34,294 nt of DNA from Synechococcus sp. (GCA_051439425.1 JBFRWD010000149.1:1-34294); one strand, 5' to 3'. Shown: positions 27,501 to 34,294, counted from the first letter of the stretch. Translations and numbers: made by a program. The notes: a model not told the origin generated them from the sequence alone.

Positions 27501-27953
27501 ACCGGGGAGCCTAAGGAACTCAAACCTAGATGGAATGAAGCCCTTAGGCTTCTCAACCTATACCAATTTCTTCCACACACATACGCGACCTTTGACGGAC
27601 AAGTAGCTGCTCTTCAACCATCGCAGTCTGCATCGGACAAAGGTTCTACTGATTTCGCTCGACAAGAATGGGAGGAACTCAAAGAGTTGGTCCTCGAAGA
27701 TAGTCTGATGCCAGTCATCGAGCAAATGGCTGCTGATAATTGGCCCGTTCCCGAAGCTGGCTACGAGCTGGAAGGTTTACGAAACACAGTGATTGCACAA
27801 TCGGAGCTTGCCTGGGTGCCTGCAAAAATTGCTGTTGTAGTGGAGCCCCTAGACCGGGAAGCATTTAGAGAGGAAGGCTGGGAAGCCTTATTGGTAGATG
27901 AATTCATCAATCGGTTTACTGAAATTGGCCGACAACTACGGGGGAGTGACTAA
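21576..27953 (+). CDS. Giant YprA/Hrq-like DEAH helicase with DUF1998 (MZB) Zn domain and C-terminal restriction-endonuclease-like domains
   Basis: 2125 aa with HLHQ (Q motif), ATGTGSGKTE, IYPMNALATDQ, LTNYKMLD, DEFH, TSAT, FSDSVQDAA, EHTG, ATSTLEMGIDIG, QRIGRAGR and LPNYAFP; several CxxC pairs; DUF1998 LYDSVPGGTGY...CTCEDGCYNCL; then ESELERKF...IAVFSDGWEYH...DLKQR (Vsr/DUF559-like). Confidence 0.92.
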   Translation: MLPSIVATELRRCVADYLRTTFRPTTPSFETLIESFLDRNETEGTYCKGPYVSIGLPFRQGSVGSGYFKQIPMQFAPHLHQERAFNLLSPPYYQSTLVATGTGSGKTECFLMPILEHCRQNPGPGIKAILIYPMNALATDQSKRIAQLIHQSRSLRNQVTAGLYVGESDEAPSPSMTPDKVITDKNTIRESPPDLLLTNYKMLDYLLIQPETQSLWNHNQPETLRYIVVDEFHTFDGAQGTDLACLLRRLKHRLNTPPQHLACVGTSATLGGESNRKDMLKYASAIFKESFDETALIEEDRLTASEFLEDTLLNVRPLPEPAHIDRLRPETYTTPEEYAIAQAKLWLQDLAPTLPEAQSFLEGQVSLPLSGIPPTLDDNWRIQLGMLLMSLPMVQNLIRQLSQGPTSYEDLWYTLRRRFYIPPNADESYPFLLLDSILALMASARRTIQKPDGSTTVLPWLQLRVQVWFRELKRMVATVKPDPQLQFSDDLLHHQAKHTLPVVHCRDCGATGWAGVKPSENQPTLVPNDLRNFYRAFFSRSPLVTFAFPTGDSPQGPDFLYKLCSNCLRLNRRSAETCESCHHEELISVRVPQVVREEKMRNGDKRNVSSSDCPFCGSSSGLTIVGAQAASLSSAMVGTLFATSFNSDKKLLTFSDSVQDAAHRAGFYDARTYRTTLRTAIHHAIADLPDNLNLAELIHHFPTYWQGRLKTSGDYAATFLPTDMEWLREWDTYVSENKDDLDPNSNLIELVNQRLQWEVTNQFGHRSAVGPSLERSGACSAAFDPSVLAAASKDLHQYLSNEIEALREVDAEVTRQYLLGLLHHLRQRGGILQEATKDYIEQGGNTFILNRPIFMPPIGPRIPTPVYLADGKANADRFERVLLPERRASWSENWTYRCFSSKSLLLKEQIADILSQTLAILGKVGLLESRPCNNGRAWGIPPKAISVAIGGTVLACDRCRHQLTAHNHELDSLQGSNCLTKHCTGRYQPNDNAALAYYRELYRTGQVQRIVAAEHTGLLTRPNRERLEQQFIHGHRRCDPNLLSATSTLEMGIDIGDLSSVLLCSVPPAPANFQQRIGRAGRRDGNALVGTVANGTPHDLFFYSDPKDRMLEGAVDAAGCYLDASAILQRQLTAFCLDNWIQTGIDRIAIPHKLSDVLNAIEKNARERFPHNWLTFIGDRQAELFEKFIALFSEDIEERTQQNLRLFIERGLEDEGSLRWRILNRLEGVRTERTRLSSTINSLRKKIKGRKEQPEALQNEEQLDNLERELAGFRGLMRDLNGKRLLNFLTDEGLLPNYAFPEAGVTLRSIIWRQKQTTERDNGKKYETFTLTYERPGAIAIKELVPSGVFYAEGRRVKIDQVDLRLSEPEDWRICRNCSFSTQAFTSAGKSKTCPRCGDTMWSDRGRVRRMMRLRQVMASNADRKSRFGDDSDDRATSFFQRQLLVDFEPEYRDRTYAIADKDFPFGFEYISRTNFREINFGEPQGVGESFDVAGHKMKVHGFQVCNRCGKVMRSKNPTADDHTISCSMRNKPDRAKAIEALFLFREFESESLRFLMPDEQFWSNRGLHSFLASLQLGLKELFSGKVDHLKTCISEEPQPNSPVRKRFLYLYDSVPGGTGYLNQLVRNPSKLREVFEQSLSRLSSCTCEDGCYNCLFAYRNSFDLDETSRKQGIELLSSILNHWGDLQETSAGLSAIRVDSNLESELERKFLEAIRRYKGTIYDGEPPKLRKEIIEGKAGYYLRIGDSAWTIETQALLGEREGVSIPSRAYFLIRPASGRLESKPIAVFSDGWEYHRDRIHQDLKQRLAIQRSSNYLIWSLSWDDIEEQLEPQTSISRIDCLNCKLFSKFRQNPDSVYRQYNCDLAKLTDAQSFEWLMQYLAAPDEGQWQRWALLRTYAQADPSSLNNPQQKSAWQSELANLIGANCLDCWTVPEKGLFTKLQPDTGLTIWHGIDPNRHKSQDCEGSLVAIALKDTGEPKELKPRWNEALRLLNLYQFLPHTYATFDGQVAALQPSQSASDKGSTDFARQEWEELKELVLEDSLMPVIEQMAADNWPVPEAGYELEGLRNTVIAQSELAWVPAKIAVVVEPLDREAFREEGWEALLVDEFINRFTEIGRQLRGSD

Positions 27954-30098
27954 ATGGCCTTAAAGCACGATATTCGATTGGCAATTTCCGATGATTTTCT
28001 CGACTCATTCAGTCAATTGCCCCGAAACGCCCAATCTAAAGTCTCGGAATTCATCAATCGCTTCAAACAGGATCCAACTCGACCGGGTCTCAATTACGAA
28101 TCCATTCGGAATGGACGAGATAAACGCTTGAAGTCCGTTCGAGTCGACCAAGCTCATCGGGCGATCGTACTTAAGCCTGACGAGGGAAATGTCTATATTC
28201 TGCTCTGGGTGGACAAGCATGACGAAGCCTATGACTGGGCTAAACGTAAGCTGTGCCAAGTCAACCGGGTTTCTGGAGCACTGCAAATTATTGACGTCGA
28301 AGAGGCAGATAGAGCGACAGAAGAACTGACTCAAAATCGAGATCGCACGCAAACTACTATCTTTGACAGCATCAAAGATAAGTACTTGTTGAGATTGGGG
28401 GTTCCCGAAATCCTCATGCCCGCTATTCGGCAACTTGTCACCGAAGAGGATCTCGACCGATTGATCCCTCACCTTCCCTCTGAAGCCAGCGATGCTTTGA
28501 CGATGCTGGCTGCGGGATACGAGCTAGACACTGTCCTGAATTGGCTGGAGAAACAGAAAGAAGAACCGGAAGCAGATCCCGAAGATTTAGTCTCTGCACT
28601 CGATAACGACGACAGCCGCAGTCGTTTTATTGTCATTACTGACGACGGCGAACTGGAAGAAATGCTGGCAGCCCCTTTGGAAAAGTGGCGAGTATTTCTC
28701 CATCCCAGCCAGCGAAAACTGGTTGCGCGTGATTGGAACGGCCCCGTCAGAGTTCTTGGTGGGGCGGGAACGGGCAAGACAGTCGTGGCAATGCATAGAG
28801 CCCGTTGGTTGGCCGAACAGCGCTTCAATCAATCCGGCGATCGCACCCTGTTCACGACCTTTACCCGCAACCTCGCGACAGATATCGAAGCCAATCTCCA
28901 AACGATTTGTTCACCCGAGACTATGCGTCGCATTCAAGTGCTCAATCTCGATGCATGGGTAGCTGAATTTCTTAGAAGAGAAGATATCGACACCACTATT
29001 GTTTACGAACAGAAAACAGACAACCTTTGGGAGGAAGCCTACGAACTAGCTCCTATGGAGTTTGGGCTTTCAATTGATTTCTACAAAGAGGAATGGCAGC
29101 AGGTTGTCTTGGCCAGCGGTTGTCAGAATCTGAGAGAGTACCTCACTGCTCGACGAACAGGTAGAGGCACTAGGCTCAGTCGCAAGCAGAGACAAGCGAT
29201 TTGGCCCGTATTCGAGGAATATCGGGGCCTTCTTAGAGAAAGAGGTTGGAAAGAACCAGACGAGGCGATGAGAGATGCCGCTAAACTCATTACTTCTAAG
29301 GGAGAAGCTTTCTTACCCTTCAATTCTGTCATTGTCGATGAAGCTCAAGACATGAGCGCACCAGCATTTCAACTTATTAGGGCAATCGCAGGATCTGAAT
29401 CGAAAAATGACTTGTTTATTGTGGGCGATCCCCATCAACGTATTTATGGAAAGGTAGTCACTTTAAGTCAGTGCGGAGTAAACATTCGGGGTAGAGGTAG
29501 AAAACTTCGACTGAACTATCGAACCACTGACGAGACCCGTAAATGGGCAACAGCCATCCTTAAAGGGGTTACTGCCGACGATTTAGACGGAGGTAGAGAT
29601 GGTCTTTCGGACTACCGTTCTCTAATGCATGGCGAAGAGCCTATTTTGAAGGGATTTACATCGTTTGAGGAAGAACTCACCTTTCTCAAGTCTGTACTTA
29701 CTCAACTTTCTTCCAATAATGCTCAGCAACTCTCTGGAGTCTGTCTTGCATTACGAACCCATCTGTTACTCGAAAAGTACGAAGCCGCTCTCAAGACTGC
29801 CGGTTTTGACGTTAAGCAAATCCATCGAGATCGGGCCGACAATCCCTTGGATGGAGGAATTCGCCTAGGTACGATGCACAGAATTAAGGGCCTACAGTTT
29901 GATTATGTATTTCTGCCAGGGCTGAACAACTCAGTGTTGCCTCTTCAAAAGGGGTTAGAGCACTGCCCAGATGAAGCTTCTCGCGACAAGTTTATCGATG
30001 GCGAGCGTTGTCTTCTACATGTAGCCGCGACACGAGCTAAAAAGCAGGTTATCGCCAGTTACTATGACGTTCCCAGCAAGTTATTGGGCGAAACGTAA
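27954..30098 (+). CDS. UvrD/Rep-like SF1 helicase with an N-terminal RelE/ParE-like domain
   Basis: 714 aa, with ATG immediately after the upstream TAA. Motifs GGAGTGKT, TFTRNL, DEAQD, VGDPHQRIY, NYRTT, TMHRIKGLQF and HVAATRAK. The N-terminal ~90 aa (F..SF..LP...Q.KV...PGLNYE...SVRVDQAHRAIV...LLWVDKHDEAY) is RelE-like. Confidence 0.9.
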   Translation: MALKHDIRLAISDDFLDSFSQLPRNAQSKVSEFINRFKQDPTRPGLNYESIRNGRDKRLKSVRVDQAHRAIVLKPDEGNVYILLWVDKHDEAYDWAKRKLCQVNRVSGALQIIDVEEADRATEELTQNRDRTQTTIFDSIKDKYLLRLGVPEILMPAIRQLVTEEDLDRLIPHLPSEASDALTMLAAGYELDTVLNWLEKQKEEPEADPEDLVSALDNDDSRSRFIVITDDGELEEMLAAPLEKWRVFLHPSQRKLVARDWNGPVRVLGGAGTGKTVVAMHRARWLAEQRFNQSGDRTLFTTFTRNLATDIEANLQTICSPETMRRIQVLNLDAWVAEFLRREDIDTTIVYEQKTDNLWEEAYELAPMEFGLSIDFYKEEWQQVVLASGCQNLREYLTARRTGRGTRLSRKQRQAIWPVFEEYRGLLRERGWKEPDEAMRDAAKLITSKGEAFLPFNSVIVDEAQDMSAPAFQLIRAIAGSESKNDLFIVGDPHQRIYGKVVTLSQCGVNIRGRGRKLRLNYRTTDETRKWATAILKGVTADDLDGGRDGLSDYRSLMHGEEPILKGFTSFEEELTFLKSVLTQLSSNNAQQLSGVCLALRTHLLLEKYEAALKTAGFDVKQIHRDRADNPLDGGIRLGTMHRIKGLQFDYVFLPGLNNSVLPLQKGLEHCPDEASRDKFIDGERCLLHVAATRAKKQVIASYYDVPSKLLGET

Positions 30099-30212
30099 GC
30101 CTTTATTGCTAGTAAATAGATATCTTTTGTATACAAAACTAACTCTACTGAGCAAGGTCCGTTTATACATGCCCTATTAAACGGCAAGAACTTCATCATA
30201 GGAAAAAACTAT

Positions 30213-33200
30213 CTATATTGATCGAGCGCTCTTGTTTGACAGGAATCTAGCTGTTTGACTATCTTTCTGCGAGAAGTTCTGTAAACACTCACTCCAATTT
30301 TTGCCTTTAGGAGGTCGAATTCTTATCGACTGCATAAATGCTGCAATGGCAGTCGCCGCCATCTTCTCGCCGCGTTCATTCGCGTTGAAAGCGACGAAGA
30401 TCTGATTATTCTGTGCGATCGCCCCCTGTATTAGATGATTTGGCAACCTCTCCGAATCACCAACTGCAACAAACAGCGTTTTTGCATCTTTCTGGGCTAA
30501 CGCCGCTGCCGATAAGGCATCGATAGGCGATTCAACCAACACCACTCGTTCCAGCGTTTGACTCTCTCCAATGGAAAAGTAAAACCAGCCGTCATTATTC
30601 CTGGCCGCTGGCTCCAACCTCTGCGATGGCCCATCTGGCCCTAACTCGATTTGACTTCCACCCGTGACATTGCCAAAGAAGTCTCGTTCCAAGAAAACAA
30701 CACTTCCTCCCTCACATCGCAATCCACTGGCGTAGATCTGACCAGTATCGTGCAGACGATCTACCAATTCGGGAGGTAACTTTCTTTCGCATATGAAGTA
30801 ATCGCGCGCTAACTGCCAATTCTTGTCTTGCTTTGGCGGTAAGACATAACCGGCAACCTGCTTTCTGTCACTAGCCTCAATTTCAGTCAGCAACTGCGAT
30901 CGCTCCTGTTGCCGCTTAGCATTCCAATCCCTAAAAGGCTGCGCACCTGCGTACACCAACTCAAACGCCTCAGCCTCTTGCCCCACAATAAAGTCGTCAA
31001 CCCCTTTCTCCGGCCCCGGCAGCTCGATTACCCCCACCTCGCATTCCTGACGTTGCAACAACCGCCCTGTCTTCCAAATCGCATCCTGCACGTTCTTGCG
31101 AGTCTTCGGTTTCTCATCCCGGTCGAAACAGAAAAACACCTCCCGTCCCTCCCGCACAAACACCTGCAACTCCGGAATCACCCGCTCCGGTTCCTCCCCA
31201 ACCGCCTTGCGCCTGCCATTCCAAATCCCTGGCAACGCGATCGCCGCATATCCCGCACTCAACAAACAAGCCGCCTTCTTCGCTCCCTCCACCAACACAA
31301 TCGGCACCCGCTCCCGCTGCACCCAAGCCCAAAAAAACTCACGGGGATCGCCAGGCCTCTCCAACCCGTAACTGCGAGCCACCTTCTCCCAAATGCGATC
31401 GGGCACGTCGAGGAAAAACGCCCGCGTCGGTGTTTTGATGGGATGTTCGTACTTGATGGGCTTCCCCTTGTCCTTGGAAATGCGGGGATCGTCTGGCTTG
31501 AAACAACCCCACTGCATCGGCTTCCAGTTATCGAGCGGGTCGAGACCGCTGCACCACCAACCTCCTTTCGCCAGATGGGAGTACCGACGGCGAACGCGAT
31601 CGCTTAACTCTCCATCCTTCGTTCGCGACAGGCGATCGGAATAACAAACGCGCCGGTAGGTCTCTTCCCCTTGCAGGCTCTTGAAGTTGAGGGCAATCAG
31701 ATCGGTAGCGATCGCGCTGGTGCGATGCAGTTCGTCAAAGTGCTTCGATTCGAGACCGGGATTGCGATCGATCTCGGGTTGGCGATCGCCCTCTCTTTCG
31801 TTGCTGACAACTCGCGGGCACCATTTCGGCTTCGCATGCTTCGATGGCCTCTCCACATTCCTGGTGACATCTTGCTTTTTGGAGCGCTCGCCAACTTCAG
31901 GTGTAGCGTCTTCGGGAGCCTCTCCTCCAACCACAGATTCCCGAGCCAGTCGCTCTCGCAACTGCTGCCGCAACAGTTCGATGGGATTTTGGTTGGCCCG
32001 ACTGCGCTGAGCTAGTTTCGTCAGCCCTTCGATATCCTCGGTGTAGAGCTTGAGGTCGGTCTTGACCCGACTGACCGTAACGTAGAAACTCTCCTTTCCA
32101 ATCGTGCGATCGGCCGCAATCAAGGCCCGCTCGGCAGTCTTCCCCTGTGCCGCATAGGTGGTGGACACCAGAGCGTAATCCAAATGCTGGGGTCGCGACA
32201 GATCGATCGCCTCGAACCGTCCGTCCGCATACTGCACCCGAGCTATATTCCCCTCAATCGATTCCACCCAAAACTGCTGACCGTTCCGCCGCCCCAACTC
32301 CCTGTCGTTCTTCGTCCATCGCAAAATATCCCCCGGCGCAATCTCGATCGCCTTGCGCGCAAACATCGCTTTCTTGAAATGGGCATCCACAATCCGCTGC
32401 GAGCCATCCTCCGCCCTCAACCCCAGGCGATCGCCCTCCTTGCCCACCACCTCGTAAAACGCCCCTTTCTCCAAATCCCGCCGCACGTTTCGATACAGCG
32501 GCATTACCACATCTCCTTCCGCAAAGTGATGGGCGTACCGCGTCTGTACCTCCGTCAGATCGCGAGCCTCCAACCGCTCGATTTCCACCCCGTCCCCTAA
32601 TTGCCCTTCTTCCCGAAGTCCAGCTCGAATCCGTTGGGTAATCTCCAATCGCTCCCGATTCGTTCCAGCCAGCACGAGCGTCTTGTCTCGTTCCTCGGGG
32701 GACAGTGCCAGATAGTCATCCACCAATCGAGCTTGTCGTTCGGATTCGTCAGCGATCGCCGCAATGCAACCCGCACGCTGCAGCTGCTCGATCCCTTCTC
32801 GAACGCGACCTCTAGAAATCAGCCTCACCGCCCGTCGCAGTTCGGGAGTCCGCTGCCGCCTCGACTCGTCCAAATAAGCCGTGCGCATCCCCGCCTGCTG
32901 CAAGCTCTTAAACGGATTGCCTGCTTCCACCGCCGAAAGCTGGCGAGTGTCCCCCACCAAAATCAGGCGAGCTCCTTCCTGTTCAGCTCGCGCCAACAAA
33001 GCCCGAGCATCCTTGGCACTCAATAATCCGGCCTCGTCCACCACCCAGACTTCCTTCGCGTTCGGGCGATCGGACAGCGGTGAAAACAGCAAACTGGCCA
33101 CCGTCGAGCTGGAGATTCCCGCCTCCTCACCCAACACCTTGGCTGCCTCCGCACTGGGCGCAAACCCTCTCAGCACGTAGTCCTGCCCTTCCGAGATCGC

Positions 33201-33461
33201 CTTGAACTCCTTCAAAGCAATCGTTTTTCCAGCCCCAGCCACCCCCTGCCAGGCCACAACGCGATCGCTGACAGTCGCAGCCAACGCAATCCCCTCTCGC
33301 TGCCCTGCCGTAAGTCTCTTGCCCCTCGGCGATTGGGCTTCTCGTTCGCCCAGATATCGAGCGAAATCTTCAGGCTCGGCGATCTCCTCCAACTGTCCCT
33401 GTCCTTGTTTCATCAGGCGAATCGTAGACAGTTCCCGCTGCACCGCCTTCTCGGTGGTCAC
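30213..33461 (-). CDS. C-terminal part of the relaxase gene: TrwC/TraI RecD-like helicase + DUF3854 primase-like + DUF3991/TOPRIM
   Basis: QGVAGAGKT, VVDEAG, LVGDTRQL, RRQRT, YALVSTTYAAQGKT and YVTVSR; DUF3854-type KPIKYEHP...VEGAKKAACLLSAGYAAIALPGIWNG...FCFDRD...KGVDD; and VESPIDALS. It is in frame with the upstream relaxase ORF across one TAG. Confidence 0.85.
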   Translation of the reverse strand: MTTEKAVQRELSTIRLMKQGQGQLEEIAEPEDFARYLGEREAQSPRGKRLTAGQREGIALAATVSDRVVAWQGVAGAGKTIALKEFKAISEGQDYVLRGFAPSAEAAKVLGEEAGISSSTVASLLFSPLSDRPNAKEVWVVDEAGLLSAKDARALLARAEQEGARLILVGDTRQLSAVEAGNPFKSLQQAGMRTAYLDESRRQRTPELRRAVRLISRGRVREGIEQLQRAGCIAAIADESERQARLVDDYLALSPEERDKTLVLAGTNRERLEITQRIRAGLREEGQLGDGVEIERLEARDLTEVQTRYAHHFAEGDVVMPLYRNVRRDLEKGAFYEVVGKEGDRLGLRAEDGSQRIVDAHFKKAMFARKAIEIAPGDILRWTKNDRELGRRNGQQFWVESIEGNIARVQYADGRFEAIDLSRPQHLDYALVSTTYAAQGKTAERALIAADRTIGKESFYVTVSRVKTDLKLYTEDIEGLTKLAQRSRANQNPIELLRQQLRERLARESVVGGEAPEDATPEVGERSKKQDVTRNVERPSKHAKPKWCPRVVSNEREGDRQPEIDRNPGLESKHFDELHRTSAIATDLIALNFKSLQGEETYRRVCYSDRLSRTKDGELSDRVRRRYSHLAKGGWWCSGLDPLDNWKPMQWGCFKPDDPRISKDKGKPIKYEHPIKTPTRAFFLDVPDRIWEKVARSYGLERPGDPREFFWAWVQRERVPIVLVEGAKKAACLLSAGYAAIALPGIWNGRRKAVGEEPERVIPELQVFVREGREVFFCFDRDEKPKTRKNVQDAIWKTGRLLQRQECEVGVIELPGPEKGVDDFIVGQEAEAFELVYAGAQPFRDWNAKRQQERSQLLTEIEASDRKQVAGYVLPPKQDKNWQLARDYFICERKLPPELVDRLHDTGQIYASGLRCEGGSVVFLERDFFGNVTGGSQIELGPDGPSQRLEPAARNNDGWFYFSIGESQTLERVVLVESPIDALSAAALAQKDAKTLFVAVGDSERLPNHLIQGAIAQNNQIFVAFNANERGEKMAATAIAAFMQSIRIRPPKGKNWSECLQNFSQKDSQTARFLSNKSARSI

Positions 33462-34294
33462 CTAGTCGTCCAGGTAAATCAGCTCTTCCGATTCCGCGAT
33501 CGCTGTCTGCACTTGACCGAGGCCGTACTTGCCAACTTCGGAAAGAATAAACTGCTCGATGTTCTCCGTTGGAAACGCCACCTCCCGTTCGGAACAATGT
33601 TCGATACCATCCGCGATCGCTTGTTTCAGCTGTTCGTCACTATCTTCACCAAGCTGCGATCGCTCCTCCCGTTGCGGAAACTCAATGCCAATCGACTGCG
33701 CTTCCCGAAACCAAAAATCCTGCAGCTCCTGTCGAGCTACCGACTCACCTTTCTTCGTCCGAGTCGCCTCCCAAACCGACTCCCGCTCCGCCCAAGTGGA
33801 CTCCGCCCCAATGTGTTGGAGAATCTGCCGTCTCCGCTCCGAGAAGAACTCCAATTGCTCCCGGCTGAAACCCGTAATTTCGAATTGCCCGTGGTCTCTG
33901 GGCTCGATCCGATAGCCCAACTGCTGCACCTGTCGGGCCAGCTCGTTCTGATAGATCTGACCCAGCAGCTTGCGGTGCTTGTAGATGCGATCGTTGTGCA
34001 GGCTGTACCACTTGCCATTCTCCACCCGCGTCATGTTCAGCAGGACGCAGTGGGTATGGAGGTGAGGATCGAGCTCGCGGCTGGTGTCGTGGTGAAACTG
34101 CCCCACTACCAAGTTGCCGGTGGTAACGACCCGACGGTCTTTCTCTTCCGACCCGAAGCGAACCCGCGTTTGGGCATAGCGCTGCTCGACTACCTTCAGC
34201 GTTCGCTCCACAGCCATGCGGTGAGCCTTCTCCAATTCCCCATCGCCGTATGCAAGGGCCAAAAGGCTGACGCTCTTGGGCGCAGAAAACGTTA
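33462..34294 (-). CDS. mobF: MOB-F (TrwC-family) HUH relaxase domain, 5'-partial, ending at an in-frame amber stop
   Basis: The frame is open to the window edge and reads TFSAPKSVSLLAL...H..AV...GQFHHDTSRELDPHLHTHC...N, then FEITGF...FSERRRQI, all canonical MobF motifs. TAG is at 33462-33464. Confidence 0.9.
   Translation of the reverse strand, partial: TFSAPKSVSLLALAYGDGELEKAHRMAVERTLKVVEQRYAQTRVRFGSEEKDRRVVTTGNLVVGQFHHDTSRELDPHLHTHCVLLNMTRVENGKWYSLHNDRIYKHRKLLGQIYQNELARQVQQLGYRIEPRDHGQFEITGFSREQLEFFSERRRQILQHIGAESTWAERESVWEATRTKKGESVARQELQDFWFREAQSIGIEFPQREERSQLGEDSDEQLKQAIADGIEHCSEREVAFPTENIEQFILSEVGKYGLGQVQTAIAESEELIYLDD

Larger units (their letters stand above)
552..30098. mobile_element. 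Defence island carried on a probable mobilizable plasmid or integrative element
   Basis: About 30 kb of helicase, MTase, nuclease and membrane-effector-like genes with mosaic composition, directly next to a MOB-F relaxase. No boundaries, att sites or integrase are visible. Confidence 0.6.
22..33663. repeat. Dispersed HIP1 octamers (GCGATCGC), a cyanobacterial signature
   Basis: Seen near 22, 7319, 8269, 10201, 11003, 11673, 15920, 20801, 21311, 22590, 24442, 25108 and 28837, with about 12 copies between 30415 and 33663 (manual count, approximate). Confidence 0.85.
30213..34294 (-). pseudogene. Possible nonsense-disrupted relaxase-helicase-primase gene
   Basis: ...ATT TAC CTG GAC GAC TAG GTG ACC ACC GAG...: two consecutive in-frame ORFs separated only by one stop, in a region that is normally continuous in TrwC/TraI. 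Confidence 0.55.

Noticed and set aside
6446..30098. Assignment as canonical BREX, DISARM class I/II, Druantia or Zorya
   Set aside because: No PglZ, BrxC or BrxL; no separate DrmB or PLD DrmC; no recognisable DruA-D or DruH; no MotA/MotB-like ZorAB in the window. Gene symbols were therefore withheld.
30909..34018. Plus-strand ORFs opposite the relaxase gene
   Set aside because: They are antisense shadows of a motif-rich minus-strand CDS.
1..34294. CRISPR array, tRNA/rRNA, retron ncRNA, IS elements, att sites, oriT
   Set aside because: No regularly spaced repeats, RNA-gene signatures, reverse transcriptase, transposase or integrase were seen. An oriT would be expected upstream of the relaxase, outside the window.

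Overview
A cyanobacterial defence island, probably on a plasmid or integrative element (HIP1 GCGATCGC octamers, DUF3854 domain), next to a MOB-F relaxase gene. On the + strand, in order: the end of a small membrane-protein gene and a hairpin; a membrane-anchored coiled-coil/actin-Hsp70-fold ATPase gene (850 aa) paired with a SNF2/RapA-like helicase gene (1050 aa); then a DISARM-related core made of a SNF2 helicase (954 aa), a giant N6-adenine methyltransferase (1640 aa) with an AT-rich, apparently exchanged specificity region, a YprA/DUF1998 helicase-nuclease (2125 aa) and a RelE-like/UvrD helicase (714 aa). Five cargo genes lie between the MTase and the YprA helicase: a coupled 2TM-GAF plus DUF2283-like pair, a TM-TerB-DUF726 hydrolase, a GIY-YIG nuclease with PUA/ASCH-like domains, and a GmrSD-like DUF262/DUF1524 protein. 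On the - strand is a TrwC/MobF relaxase-helicase-DUF3854-TOPRIM gene, 5'-truncated by the window and interrupted by one in-frame TAG. The best candidates for undescribed systems are the actin-fold ATPase/SNF2 pair, the 2TM-GAF/DUF2283-like pair, the GIY-YIG-PUA/ASCH nuclease and the TerB-lipase. All domain calls come from motif recognition by eye, not database searches.
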